Source: Zootoca vivipara
Lineage: Eukaryota
DNA: 64,000 nucleotides
Assembly: GCF_963506605.1 (NCBI RefSeq)
Contig: NC_083287.1
Location: 9,424,001 to 9,488,000, forward strand
Reading direction: 5' to 3'
Part shown: piece by piece, positions 1-13,515 of the stretch
How positions within the stretch are numbered: position 1 is the first letter of the stretch
Layout of the letters: every line of letters begins with the position of its first letter
Translations under genes and position numbers: made by a program
Notes under the pieces: model-generated
Databases searched by the model: none
Seen by the model: only the letters and a program-made list of their open reading frames with translations
Told to the model about the DNA's origin: nothing

Positions 1-3000
1 AAATTTGCTAGTAAGGGTTTGATCAGTTGTTCCCTTGCTTGCTCATACACCACAGATGTCACATAAACGTCATGTTGTTACATAATTTTATTTGGAAGCA
101 TAGTTCACCTATGCCAAGTGGCAAGATATTGTGGGATGCAGTATTTATATGTTTAATTTCTCTTCTTTCTATGTACCAACTGAAAGCATGACATAATCAA
201 AGCTTTGTTGCAGTCATAAATCCTTGGACTTCAGCCATAAAATATTTCCCTGGGAATCGTGTCGTGTGCGTTATCATGTTTCTCCTGCAATGCAATAGGA
301 TGCAAAGTTTCAATTCCATCTCAGCATGATATCTACTGAACTAGGAAGAGAAATGATGGTAAATGTCATTTCACCCTCTCAGCACTCAGAGAGGATTTCA
401 TTCCCAAATATCAGGGGAAATTACCACCTTTAGACTTGATTTTGTTCTTCAAGTCTGCTGTTGTAGAAAATGCTTATATTTTACAGAAACAACTCAATTT
501 TTTTGTCTGTGAGGTACTGATGATACCAATGAGGCATTTCTGTTTTGAAATTGGGGTGTTATTGCTATATTCACTTCTTGTCAAGACACTCCATGCTGCA
601 AAAAAAAAAAAAAAGTGGAAATATTGCTACTCTAATTGCTTGTCTATGACCAAACCCCCAGAAGGTTCTCATGGGGAGCATGGAATTTGGGGAGGGGGAG
701 GTGTTCTTTATGATGGGAAGAAGACTGAATTGTTGAGATCTCTTTTATCTTGGGCTCTTCTCCATTTAAGACTTCTGTCTTTTTAACTATTTGGTGGGGT
801 GCCTTGCTTGAGAGATTGACCCTTAGTGAAGATGTTCTCAGTTGCTGAACCCCTGACCTTTAAAGAAACACATACCCTTTGAAGGCATTAAGGGGCTACA
901 ACATAGCTATGCCCATAGCTTTTAAGGTATTCATATAGCTCAAGGTCTGTCTTCTTGCAGGCATTCATGGATAACCTTTCTCGTCACTAGTATTGTCCCC
1001 TCTAAAGACAGACTTCCCACAGAGCGGGGCATTCTTAATCATAAAATTTCTAAAAGCCCTGGGGAGCATTTTTATTTGAAAATACTTTCCTTTAACCCCA
1101 CCCATCCTTCTTTAAGTAAAATGAAATATATTTATACCTTGTACAAGGAGTGCCAGTACATGGTGGTTTCTTGAACTAATTCCAGCAGAAAGCCCTTTAT
1201 CATTCCCACATACAAACTGTTGTTGCATTCTGCCACTTCTAGAGTATTCTAAATCATACAGAATAAGAGACAGGCAAGAACTTTATGAATAATGGCTCCT
1301 GCAGACAGCTATTATATTTTATTTAAGAACAAACAAATGGATGGTAAGGCACACAAGCCTTTGCAGCAAGTTAACAGACTCAGTAAGCTGACAAGGAGTG
1401 CTGCAGTTAACACTTGTCAAGATCATTATGTCAATTAAGTGGCCAGACACTCTCTTTAATATTCTATTGACTGCATGAGTTGACACATTTTTAAAATCCT
1501 GCTTCAAATTGACTTCAGCTTATTAAACACCACATGTCTATGGCACTTAACAACACATCCTTAGCTTTAGATTATGTCCTCCTTTTCTCACTGAACTGTA
1601 CATGTTAGTAGATCCATCATTCAGACTTCGTAAGCTTTTGAAATAGAACTTTGCTTTACAAAAAACTATTGGAGTTCTGCACACTTTGCATATCGGCCAT
1701 GATCTAGCTGCCACCTAGTAATGAGACACTGGAGGGGGAAATGGCTTTAGAGTTGTTTTACTTCACTTCCTCTTACAATAGGGCACACAAACGGGAAATT
1801 CAGGTGCATCTGAAAATGCGCGCGCACAATGGAATTTTAATATCAGCTTCCCTTAAGGGTTCTTATGTAGGAGTTGGATCCCTATGTAGGAGTGGGAGCC
1901 TTATCTGACAAGGACTTCTTGGATTCTACAATAACAAACATTTTAAAATGGGGAGAGGGGCAGAAGGATAATGATAAGATTAATGTATTGGTGGCAGAAA
2001 CAGGAATGCTGGGGAAATGTCCTGTTAATGGGTCAAGACCACTGCCAGCTGGATAAAATCCGCATAACTTTCAAGTGTTCTGCAGAAATGTAAACTATTG
2101 CTGGCAATAATAAAACCAGGGTACGAGCCTTGAAGACTAGGTAGTCATTGAGGTCCCAATAAACATCTACATTTTGGGTTTGTTGGTTTTTAAGGGTCAA
2201 GACCAGCTATTAACTATGTGCCTTTGTGCTGGATGGTCCTCCTAGAAGTGAAGGGAAAGGAGAATATCTTTTGCAGCTTTAAAGCAGGCATTTCTCCTGC
2301 AGACCCACACTGATGGCCTTTCTCCAGTAGGCTTTCTGTATCTCCATCTTTTGACCCAAGTTCTAGACAAACCTCATGCCAGCTTGAGGTTTGGCAGTGA
2401 TCAAATGTCATGCTAAGCCAAAATGTTTGGTTTGCTTAATGATACTGTGCACAAGCTGGATGCTAGGGGATGATGTTCAAGCTCTCAAACTTCACATTTC
2501 CTTTAGCCAAGCACAGAAACAAACCTAGGAATGGCTGGCTTAGTGTTACATCTTAATTGACAGCCCATTTGTTTCTTTCCAAACCACAGTCTGAATCCAA
2601 GTTTTGTTTTTGATTTACTGACCATGGTTTGTCTGGGAGAAACAGACTACGAGTGCTGGTTCAGATATAATGCTAAGCTAGCTGCTCTGCACCTTGTTTC
2701 CCTGTTTGACTGAAGGAAGAGGAAGGCAGGAGTGCTCTGAGTTGCATGCCTAAACAAACCACAGTTTGTGACTTGGTTTTATGTCTGAATGCTTGCTCCA
2801 TGTATGTGGGAAACATCATGCCTCCAAATTGCTGCAATTTAGCCTTGCCTTTTCACTCACCTTTTCTATTTGCAGCTGCATCGTCTCTACCAGCAGTTTA
2901 TCTTCTTTCAGCTTTGGTAGAAAACTACCGTACTTTCTTGTACCACCTTTGTTTCTCCTACAAGATCTCTACTCTCACCCCTTGCACACCTGCTTCTGCT

Positions 3001-5504
3001 TGAACCCTCTTAGCCTATCCTACTAATTCTGAACACCTGCTTGCCACAGTGTGGCAAATTGATCCACCTGTATGCTTCTTCATACACCCTGCTGATTCCC
3101 ACATGCCTTTATCACTAATATTTGGCAATGCCTCTAAGCCAGAAGTCACCCATATGATCTACATATAATTTCGGACACATATACAGAGAAGATAAATTTA
3201 ATATAGGTCTCTAATTCTCCATGTCTGAGGACATTTAAAGTTACAGCCTAGCTATTAAGGGGGCTGGGGCAGCTCATTATGTCAAAAAATACAAAATCAC
3301 CTAAATGCAAAGAATCTTGTTTCAGTTTTCACAATTTTGATGCTTCCTTCCTTCCTTATGTTAAGAAGGAGGGTATCTTTCCTGTTTCCTATCCTGTCTT
3401 ACACTACATATTCATTTGAACATAAATCCTTCCATGTCCATATTTCCTATAGCTCCAAATATAGCAAGAACTTTCTTAGATCTTGGAGGCACTTAAGCAC
3501 CCCTGATGCTATAAGTTACAATTCGCATTAGAAAATATCTCCTATTAATCTACACCAGAAATTAAATGTTAGCATTCATTTTCAATTCGCCCTTGTTAAA
3601 AATCCTGTGTCAATGGAAGTCAATCATTCTGCAGCACTCCTCCCGGGCTATTAAAATATCTGTCAATATGAATTGTAATTAGAGACGGCTAGTTCTGTAT
3701 GATCTTGCTGTATCCTACTAAGAGTTAAAAAAAAAGAAAAAAACACTTAGAAATTGTTGAAGAAAATTCAGATTGTGTTCAGGAAATTACATATGTTAGA
3801 TCAAGGCCATGTAAAAGTAAATGCATTTGCCTTTCATCCTGAAATAAATGAACAAGTGTGCCATGTGTTTTTTGTTGTTTGCATTCATTTCTGCATTAAA
3901 ATGAACAGGAGATAACAAACATATCAAGAAATCTGAAACTGAAAGAGATATAAGACTGCAACATACTATCCCTCCTGTTTTGCAGGATAGATTGTAGAAC
4001 TGAAATGAATTTATATAATCAGATGCAGATTTGTAATTTTGAAGTGATATTTTCAAAAAAAATTACAAAATCAGACCAATGAACTAGAAATTAGAAAATC
4101 TAAAATTCATTGTGTCAGAATGAGTTCATAAGATGTTTATGCTCAGAACTGATGCTTTGGAAGTTAGCAGATTTGTTAGATTCCAATTTTTACTTCAGCA
4201 GAGCTAGTCATGGTTCAGACATTATGGGCCAAAGATATGCAAACAGCATAGGTTACAGCCATAGCATCAATATTTTGATTAAATTGCATTATAAAGTTGA
4301 ATTAAATATAATACTTTTTATTTGTGAGTCATAAATAAGCACATCTTGATAAGTTGTGCTCGCCCTCTCTTCTAACCAGCTCCCTGAAGAAAAGGTTTCA
4401 GTCTCATTTCTCTTTGGGAGCCATCCCTGTTGGGAACTGTTGCTGCAGTAAACCAATGTGCATATAAACATGTTACAACATTGCATAATCCATTCTCTTC
4501 TATATGCTTCCTCTTGCCTGTAATCATGGGTATCATTTCATATTCCAGGAGAAAAAAATGTTTTTTAAGAGTAGTAAGATTCTCTGCAAAATCTAGAATC
4601 ATGGGATTGTATAATTGTAGTCGGGGGTTTCCAAGGGTCATTTAATCCCACCTCCTGCAGTGCAGAAAAGTCCTAGTTTTAGAGACAATCAATATTAAAG
4701 GGGGGGGGGAACTGTTGTACTTACTTCTTTATATCCTATAACTACAGCAATGTTATCAACAAGGGTCAATGTTCATACCTACTGAATATATCTGTTTCAT
4801 CATTTATAATGAAAGTCACTAAGCAATTAGTACATTGGCCAGAAAAATAGGCATGCCTCACAAATAATCACATGTGCTCCAATATGTCTCCCCTCCCTAA
4901 TTGTGCCCCTGCTGGTGCACATGCACATATATATACATACATAGCTTTATTTCACATCATTTCAGTGCTAAATTGAGGGTTTAAAGCTGAACAAGTATAC
5001 CAAGTCAACTAAAGAGCACTGCATTGTATTCATGGTTTTTCCCTACTAGGTCCAAGATACTGGATTCCACATTAAAAAGCCCATGACAAGAATATCATAG
5101 GAAAATGTTCTCCCATATAACATATCCCCTTGGGATGTGTTCTGGAGAACAATTCTTTCAGGTGTGTCTAGTGTCAGAAGTGAAGTTCTCCTCGACACAG
5201 AGTATTTTCAATTATTTCTCTGATATCCTCATGGGAAAAGCTCTCAAGAAAGTTTATGTATGTTCTTGGAGTGTGTTGCATTCCAGCTCTTTGTTGCTCT
5301 TAACAGTTTCCATTTTTAAAACAAAAAAATATGTTTTTAATTGTATTTTATTGTTATCAACTGACTGTATTATATTGTTTTACAATATGACTTTATTATT
5401 GTTGTATGCCACACATTGAAGGCTGTATTTGGTGGAAACGAGACGTTTAAAGTTCGATGTATGAATGAAATATCTGTCTGTGGCATTTGATGATCGGTTT
5501 ACAT

Positions 5505-5640
5505 CAGGCATCCCCAAACTTCGGCCCTCCAGATGTTTTGGACTACAATTCCCATCTTCCCCAACAACTGGTCCTGTTAGCTAGGGATCATGGGAGTTGC
5601 AGGCCAAAACATCTGGAGGGCCGCAGTTTGGGGATGCTTG
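5505..5640 (+). mobile_element. 136-bp palindromic hAT (Charlie/Buster-type, URR1-like) MITE, family A
   Basis: Termini CAGGCATCCCCAAACT...AGTTTGGGGATGCTTG; perfect 8-bp TSD GTTTACAT (5497-5504, 5641-5648) with central TA; near-identical copies elsewhere in the window. Confidence 0.93.
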
Positions 5641-7576
5641 GTTTACATGAACTTGCTCCCAGGAAAGTGAGAACAGGATTGCAGACTGGGTCACACATGC
5701 ATTTCACTGCTTGATGCTGCAGACTTGAAGCGATGAACAACTAAGCATGAACTAGTCCCTAGTCATAAAATGCACACACTATCAGGGTGAGTAGGATGGC
5801 TGGTTCTCGGTGAGAAGACAACACCCTTCTGTTCAGGCTCCTGTTCCGTCGCTGCCGCCTTTAGTTCTGTCTCCTTCCACAGCTGATCAGAGCCCTTCCC
5901 AGCCTCCACTGAAACATGCCTCCACAGGAAGATGTCTGCCAAGGCAGATTGGCATACCTGCTCCCCCTTCCCAAGTGGCTGAAGTTGGGGCAGAGAAGGG
6001 AGACATTCTGTTCCTACAAACCAGGCTCCCAGCATTTCTTAATAGCTGGTCTTTCACATATTTCTGGTCATGCATTAAGTAGAAAGCACCTAAGTGGGAA
6101 GTTGCCTGAATTTCAGGCTTTCGATTGTTTCCCTTAAATGTTGCATAAAAACACATATTACATCTAGTGGATCAAACATTATGTTTCAATGAGTGAGGCA
6201 AGTATATTTTTCTTCCAGGGGAAATTGCCAAAAAAAAAATCACTCCTCTTAAAACCTAACAGACTGATAACCTCATAAAAAATGTATCCTGAAAATTTCA
6301 AATTTCAATTCCCCCCACCTCCCATAGAGTGGTAGCATCTGAGTGGCAGTCACCATATGACTAAGGGTTATAGCCAATAGTGGATTCTGTGCACAGAAGA
6401 AGGGAGGTGATTTTCACCAATTTCCCTTCCCTTTGCCCTTTCCCAAAATCTGCCCTGGGAAGTTGGGGGTTCCTCTGGTATAGTAGAACAGGGGGAGGGG
6501 CTGAATGGGAAAGGGGGAATGCCTCCCTCCTTTCATTCACAGAAGCCTTTGATGGATCAAATAACTTTTTGTGATTGAAATTACACCTTTGGCTACATTC
6601 CTGAGCTGCAGACACCTCAGTCCTCAGAATGATTGATCCAACATGTGTCCAATCTGCAGGTCAACCCATTATCAGAAGGCATTAAGACTGAGGTGGTCTA
6701 AATGAGGTAGCTGATCTCAACCACTTATTTTTAAAAGTGTAAAGGCCATAGCACCTGCTGGCAGGTAAAATGTAGATTTCTCCAAACAAGCACCTCATTC
6801 TCCACCGCCCATTTTTTTGCTGAACTCATTTAAGAATTAGATTATGAGAAAATTTAATGTAGGTTTTGCTAGAAGCCAAGTTAAAGGTCAACTTTAACTA
6901 AAGTTTCATTTGCTAACTCCAAAACATTAATAATTATGACTAGTGATAGATATTTTTTTTAGGTGAGAAATAGATTTAAAGGATTTTATTAAAGTTGTAT
7001 TCCTCTAAAGGTTCTTTGATCCAGCAGAGTTAATGGAAAGGGGGCTATTTTCCCTGAATCCCCCTTCCCTCTGCAGCTCCCTATGCCCACCCCAAATATG
7101 TTCAAGGGGATTGGGAGACCCTTCAGTACAGTGTGGTAGGTGGGAATTATGGAATTTCCATAAATGACACACCCAGCCTTTTAGCTCATCAAATTCTCCA
7201 CTGGATCAAAGAGTTCTCCATTAGTGGATGGACACAATTGGAAGCAATCCATAGACATATTTTAAAGACAAATACATCTTCATATGAGAAAGATTGCAGG
7301 TACAATAAGACTAGGTAGGAAGTATAGACTCAGCATACCGAACCACATGCTGGAACCTCTCAAAGGAATCAGGGTGCACGCTACAGAGCCAGGATTCTGA
7401 TTAAGTTGCCAGGTGCAAGGAAACCTGTTCTGCATATGGGTACTACCTCTTTGTTACCCCAATCCAGTTATAAAAGCACCTGGGAACCAGAGGAAAAAAA
7501 GGAAAGAAAAGTAGAAGATCAACAGAAATAGAAGAAGGCAAACTGAAGAGGAGCGAAAAAGGGCCAAGCACTAGAG

Positions 7577-7711
7577 CAGGCATCCCCAAACTCAGCTCTC
7601 TAGAATTTTGGAACTACAGTTCCCATCATCCCTGATCACTGGTCTTGTTAGCTAGGGATGATGGGAGTTGTAGTCCCAAAACATCTGGAGGGCCAAGTTG
7701 AGGGGTGCCTG
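7577..7711 (+). mobile_element. hAT Charlie-type MITE, family A
   Basis: Same sequence as 5505-5640; perfect TSD CACTAGAG (7569-7576, 7712-7719). Confidence 0.92.
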
Positions 7712-7749
7712 CACTAGAGGCATGGTAATCGGTCCTTTCTAGGAAAGGA

Positions 7750-7858
7750 ACAGGCTGTAACTCAAGAGTAAGTCATATGTTTTGCATGAAAAGGGTCCCA
7801 AATTCAGTCCCTGCCGTCTCCTGATCTGACTTGATATAAGGTCACCTTCTACGATCCT
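7750..7858 (+). mobile_element. Degenerate tRNA-derived SINE (Squam3-like)
   Basis: GCTGTAACTCAAGAG...TTTGCATGAAAAGGGTCCCAAATTCAGTCCCTG resembles the tRNA-Ala-like A/B-box head of squamate SINEs; similar to 52275-52775. Confidence 0.45.
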
Positions 7859-9987
7859 AAGAACTTTTCTTTAAAATGACGGCATTTTGTAGGTTACATT
7901 TTTCCTTATGTAGTCATGCCTCCAATATTAGCTGAGACTAGAAGAAGTTATCTGGCTTTGGGGGGCTAATGTTTGGCACAAACACCAGATGCATCTTGTG
8001 CACAATTTTGTTGTACTCATTTCTTTGCAATGAGGAGAATCGGGACAGAGACCAAACAAAAACAAACAAACAAAAAACCTCCCAAATGATCTTTTCGTGT
8101 TTTGGAAGCTTTCCCAAATGGCCATTTAAGTTTGCTCATTAGGCTCCCAAGGTCCAAAAGCCTTAGTTTAGAAAAAGGCAGAGTGGCCTAATAAGACTTT
8201 CCATTCTACTGCAGATGCAATATTTATGAAATTGTTATAATGTTTCTGCAGCTGATTTGTGGGCAACAGGCTAAAGTGGAAGCATGTTAACAAGCAAAAA
8301 GGCAAAAGTTTTTCTATTGCCTTCTCTAAAAATAAAATAAAAACACCTGTGACTCATTTTTGAAAAAGGAGATGAAGTGAAGGGATGTGCTCCTCTGCAG
8401 GTAACTGTGTCCAATTCATTGACAACATATTCCTTTTACCATGCCAAAGATGGGAACATTCTTAGTCAATGCAGTTCTGGTATAGTGCTTAGCTGCATTG
8501 TCCTTCATTGTGTTGGCATAATTCGCTTGTGCTCCAAGCAAAATATGAAAATCATATGAGAAAAGAAGTGTATTTTGCTTGAAGCACAAGATATACTGAG
8601 TTATACTGATGAGAAGAAAAAAATCTAATCTTTATCCACAGATTTTAAAGAATACACGATCAAGAACTATGAATAAACTAAAGAAAAAGAAGAAGGATTC
8701 CTGGTGCCTTATTTTCATCTGGATTCACATGGGGTTTATATTTAAAGAGGGAATTGCCAAAATGCCAAAAAAGAGAGAGAAAAGATGAGTCCAAATATTA
8801 ATGCAATATCTCCACTAAATACTGCTTATGGATTGTGTCAAATTAACTGTCTCGAGGTCAGCTATTTAAAATAGAATATCTCACATTTGGACAAACTGTT
8901 TATAGCTTTATTTGCTTTCTTAAGAGACCATTGTTTTTTAAATAATAAAAACCAGGGTGTGATCCAATGTAAATCAAGTCTTATTGGAAGAGACCATATT
9001 TGTGTTTACATCCTATTGGGTGCTGATATACTCAAAATACAATTTCAACCATCCATATGCAAAACCATAATACTCAGGCATCTCTTGCACAGTACTGGAA
9101 AACTGTACTTACACCATGGCAATGATTCTACACTGAAGACATCTTAGTAGCTTAGGGGAAATAAAAATTGTCTAATGTGGAAATAATGTAAATGCTTCTA
9201 AAACATTAAGGTTTCTTTTGCAGTTATCATTTCGTACGCATTCTTTAGATGACTACGACAGTTGAAATGATTCTATCACAGAATGTTTTGCATGAAACAC
9301 TATGCTCAACTAATCAACAAGAGCGGGAAAAAAATTAAGTGCATAGTATTCTAATCACTGTAGTTAACTTTTAGTGATTCCTCCTCCCAAAAAAGAAACC
9401 TGCTTTACATGAATGCAATCCTTTGTAAGAGAATATTTTTGGCAATGCAGTTCTTTCTAATCATTCAGAATATTATCCTAAAAAGTAATCAAAATTATCA
9501 TTCAAAAAACATATTTGGCTAGAAATGTTCCCACTCCAATAAGCTCTGGTTATCCCTTCAGAAAGCAGTCTTGCTTATATTATGTCACTCTTATTCTCAC
9601 TTCACTATGTCTTGCACTATGAACAGTGTAAACAATATCACTTGGCCCAAGACAGATGTGGATCGACAGAGCCCAAGTAATTATAAACAGTGGAACAGAT
9701 CTGTTGGTTCTGAGGTTTACCATTTGCTGTGCTGTATGGTAAAGAACTGGCCAATCTCAGCTTCCTAGAGCATGCATTTCCCATATCACATCTTTACAGT
9801 TTTGTATTTAATATTTTATATGAAAATATGAAAATTAGTATTTGCCTACTAAAAAAAAAGTACAAACACCAAGGAGACAGACTGACTAATCTCCTGCTTT
9901 CAGTGAAGTGGCTCATAGATTTCCAAGCTCATTGCATCTTACAATATTTCACACTAATATCATCTATATAAGCCATGATAGTTAAAT

Positions 9988-10172
9988 TGCATCTCCATGT
10001 TCAGAAGCAGTGTAATTTTGCACACATAAATGTGGAAGAACACTAAAGGACATGGCTATCACTTTCATACCCTGCTTTGGTTCCTGAAATATCTGGCTGG
10101 CCACTATTAGAAAGAGAATATTGGACTAGAAGGGTTTTGATTTGATCCTGCAAGACCACTCATCTGTTCTTA
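9988..10172 (+). mobile_element. Old CR1-derived 3' UTR fragment
   Basis: CTCCATGTTCAGAAGCAGT...CTGGCTGGCCACT...GGACTAGA...TGATCC...TGTTCTTA; similar in reverse to 26640-26860, 36620-36750 and 51440-51600. Confidence 0.5.
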
Positions 10173-10375
10173 CATGGTGCAGAAACCATTTATAGTCCAG
10201 ATCACCTACTCTTTGGGCATAATGTCAGGCAAAAATTTTTTGAATTGTGCACTTTCTCTGAAAAATAAGTCTAAGCAGGATTCCTCTTAAACCTATAGTT
10301 CCAATCTAAAACAATGAAAAATATGTCTGAATATTATGTAGTTATTTTGCTTCTGTCCTCTCATTCTTTGCATTA

Positions 10376-10451
10376 CAGGTAGGTAGCTGTGTTGGTCTGA
10401 AGAATTGTGCATGCACACGAAAGCTCATACCTATGACAAACTTAGTTGGTC
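10376..10451 (+). mobile_element. Penelope-like element pLTR mini-insert with hammerhead core and inverted 5' segment
   Basis: 11-bp TSD TCTTTGCATTA (10365-10375, 10452-10462); CTGAAGA...TGTGCATGCACAC-GAAAGCTCATACC...AAACTTAGTTGGTC shared with 60845-60928. Confidence 0.8.
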
Positions 10452-12740
10452 TCTTTGCATTAGTAAGAAAGGGGGGGCATCAAATTGTGTTACCTATCTA
10501 GACTTACTGCTACTCATTTAGCAAACTCCCAGAAAGTTCAGTTCTTGATCCAATGAAAAGAACTGCCAAAATTACATTTCACATTGTTTAAGTAGATTTT
10601 TTTTGTCCATTGCTGTTGACCTAGGTGTGCATAAAATATGACACAACTAACCTATTGCAAAGTCAGATAACCTTGTCACACATTAATAGCTCCTAGACTT
10701 TATGGCATTTTCTGGCACATTGGTGCCCATAGCAAATTTCCAAACCTGGGCTGTTCAGGTCACATTCTAGAACAATGACAGACACCCTTCTGTAACTAAG
10801 CTGTTCTCATTGTTCCCAGTTAACACAAGGACGTGTCTCCTTCCTTTTAGCGTAATTGCCCATTTTGGAAGGGATGGGTAAGAATAACATATGGTAGCTT
10901 CTTTCTCCTTGACAATCACCGACAATAGTTTAAAAGATCTAAAACTCATTCTCTACACAATTTGTAGTAAATACTGTATAAACTAGCCAGTCCTCCAAAA
11001 ATGGATACATCCTTATGCCTGGGCAAATGGAAATGTGTTAATGTGTTATCTGAAAACAATGTATTTGGTGATTTGAGACAAGTAATTATTTGTCCCATTT
11101 GGCTACTCTGGAATTACCCAGTCAAATCCCAATGTCTCTTCCATATGCAATTTTCTTATCTGTTTTATATCTTTTCACCTGAATCGTATCTGCAGATACC
11201 CAAGGTTTAGGACTGCCCTGTAATGTACAAACACTAATAGTCTTGTGAGCACACACACGCTTCATATTGCAGAAGAGTGAGTTACTATCACAAATAGGGA
11301 GTAAGCCCCATTTAATTAGCTAACACTTTATTTCAAGTAAGCACCCATCACACTTCCAAACTTGACTTAGACAGGTAATGCTTATTTATGTCACTTAATC
11401 CAGATTTAGTCAACAAGGATTTACTCACACAACTTAAGATGCACATTAGCTCACTGGTCCACAGTACTGAAATGTTAAACATTATGTAGAATAAACAGTT
11501 ATAATACTTTAGGTACAGAACAAAAACGTTTTTACATGAAACAGACTAGCCTATTTATACAACAGACAGAACTTCTGAAAATACTTCAGATGCATGCATC
11601 AGATTTATGAAATGATACTCTAGCAATGTGCACACATGTCATTATGTTGACCCTCCATGCAAATTTACAATTTGCATTTTGTTTAATCCATCAATACCAC
11701 CAATGGTTTGCCGCTGTTACCTTCTGCGAATACCAGAAGCAATGATTATGAACGACAGAAATTGAATAAACTTCAAAGTCTTGCACAACCATAGCATGAT
11801 AGCACAATAGTGCATGATAGTGCAATTAAGACATATAGAATTGCCTTTATTAACAAAATTATTTAACATGCTATTCCAGAAAATATTTGTTAGCAAAATT
11901 TGGGGGAAATAAACAGTGTTAATATATGTTTGTACAAAATAAAATAACCCAGATGGAGCAACAACTTTCCATTACAACTTCAAAATATCTTTCATTTAAG
12001 TTATCCCACACACTTTCCCCAACCACTGAAAATATTTGTTAAATATATACTGCCTTAATACTGCCTAGCATATTAACATAAATGGAATTGGGAATGATGA
12101 TTCACCACAACCCGCAGACCGCTTTTACCTTTGCAATCTTTTTCTTTTTTCCCCCCAGTAGCCATAGCCAATCATTGCTCTCCTCTTCCATTATGCTTCT
12201 TTATAGCAGACTGAGATGCTTCTTCATTAAGTAGTGTTACAAATAGAACACACCCGAACTCCCAAGTGGAGCATGCTCTAACGACGCTAGTGCTACAGTT
12301 CTCAAGGTAACCAGGCTCAGTTGGAAACTGAGAGCAAAGTCAATGTAAGATTAGTTACGTATTTGCAAGCCTTAATTGCACATTGCAGCTTGCCTCAATC
12401 CATGATGAACTCTCTTCAGAAGAACAGTATTCAGTTAATTTTTTAAGCAATGCAGATAAAAAAAGCAAAAAAAACAAACACAAAACACAAATTTTACCAT
12501 TCTTATACTTAAAGCAACATATAATTTTAAACTCTTTTTTTTAAAAAATGTACAGCACATCAGACAAGCCAATCCAGTTAGTCATAAAACAATATAAGTC
12601 TCTTCTCTTGTTGCCTTACACAATATGGACAGTTGTAACACTGATGGATTTAAACACAGCAGCAGAAAATGAGAAAGCGTGCAGTTCAGAAAAATGCTTC
12701 TGGCTCACAGAGGTCTGGACGAAATGGTACTTTTCACAAA

Positions 12741-12777
12741 GAAGAAGAAGAAGAAGAAGAAGAAGAAGAAGAAGAAG

Positions 12778-12806
<29 letters not shown>
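12741..12806. repeat. (GAA)22 microsatellite
   Basis: Perfect trinucleotide run. Confidence 0.98.
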
Positions 12807-12808
<2 letters not shown>

Positions 12809-13282
12809 TGTTGTTCTCAACATAAACCTGGTTGTACAACAGAATAGTGAAATGAACCCATGCTTTGTTTATCCCCAAGAAAACAAAGCATCTGGAGGAT
12901 ACAAATGTTCAGATAAAAGTGCAACATAATAGCAATGAAGTAACTGCAAGCAATGAACACTGCAGAGTTCAGACAGCTCACTTTTAATTTCAGATACAGT
13001 ACTTAAATGAGATACAGAAGCTGCAAAGCTGTTTCTTCCATGGCATCATATGGATGCTAACCCAAATGTAGGCTACTACTTTCTACCAAATCAAAACACA
13101 GCAGCTAAGCCTTAGGAATACCTGAAAACAATACAAGATGCTTTACTGTCTTTCTGACAATTTTAAGAAAGTTTTATGCTTTATCTCCCCCCCCCCTTCT
13201 TTTACACACTATCTGGAAACCACTGCTGCTAAGTAAATACTGTATTCAGATAATCATAATGGCAAAAGACAGCTGAAATTAC

Positions 13283-13301
13283 CATGCTTCTCCAACTCCA
13301 T
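13283..13301 (-). CDS. Candidate main-ORF start MELEKH(G..), 19 nt, followed by a phase-1 intron; gene not identified
   Basis: Best Kozak context in the exon (GACA ATG G: -3 A, +4 G) and open into the donor; alternatives are the ATG at 13312-13310 (MIGQWSWRSM) or a terminal ATG|gt; no downstream coding exon recognised in 1-13282. Confidence 0.35.
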
Positions 13302-13308
13302 TGTCCTA

Positions 13309-13515
13309 TCATCTGGGATCTAATCTCTGGCGTGAGGGTGGGATATCTTGAACTGTCATTTTGAGAATGCTCCCATGTTGCCAACGCGTTCTGAATCTTA
13401 TCAGGCAAGCAATGCTTTCAACAGATTTCAAGCCACCTACCCAAACCTGTACCATTTCCCCATCACTAGCAATTCTGCCAGCCCCTTCCAACCTTACTCC
13501 TAAATTATCCGCCAT
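13309..13515 (-). CDS. Candidate 68-aa upstream ORF (MADNLGVRLEG...RLDPR) contained within exon 2
   Basis: ATG lies 10 nt after the splice acceptor and the stop lies 26 nt before the donor; its TGA overlaps the next ATG (ATGA). Confidence 0.35.
   Translation of the reverse strand: MADNLGVRLEGAGRIASDGEMVQVWVGGLKSVESIACLIRFRTRWQHGSILKMTVQDIPPSRQRLDPR

Noticed and set aside
2330-2790. Degenerate palindromic repeats (AAACCAC/ATGGTTT words), likely old MITEs; similar patches at ~6380-6560, ~7005-7230, ~46860-46975, ~57640-57745 and ~59581-59871
   Set aside because: Too decayed to fix boundaries or TSDs by eye
1394-3641. 13-bp inverted match AGGAGTGCTGCAG (1394-1406) / CTGCAGCACTCCT (3629-3641) as a long-range RNA pairing
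   Set aside because: The match does not extend, and 13-mer inverted matches are expected by chance in 64 kb
12548-12929. Poly-R and poly-E ORFs (likewise poly-R and poly-K at 22545-22884)
   Set aside because: Artefacts of (GAA)n/(TTC)n microsatellites
13283-13301. Assigning the gene as MLIP because of an MELEK start
   Set aside because: A five-residue resemblance only; exon length and promoter type give no support, so the gene is left unnamed
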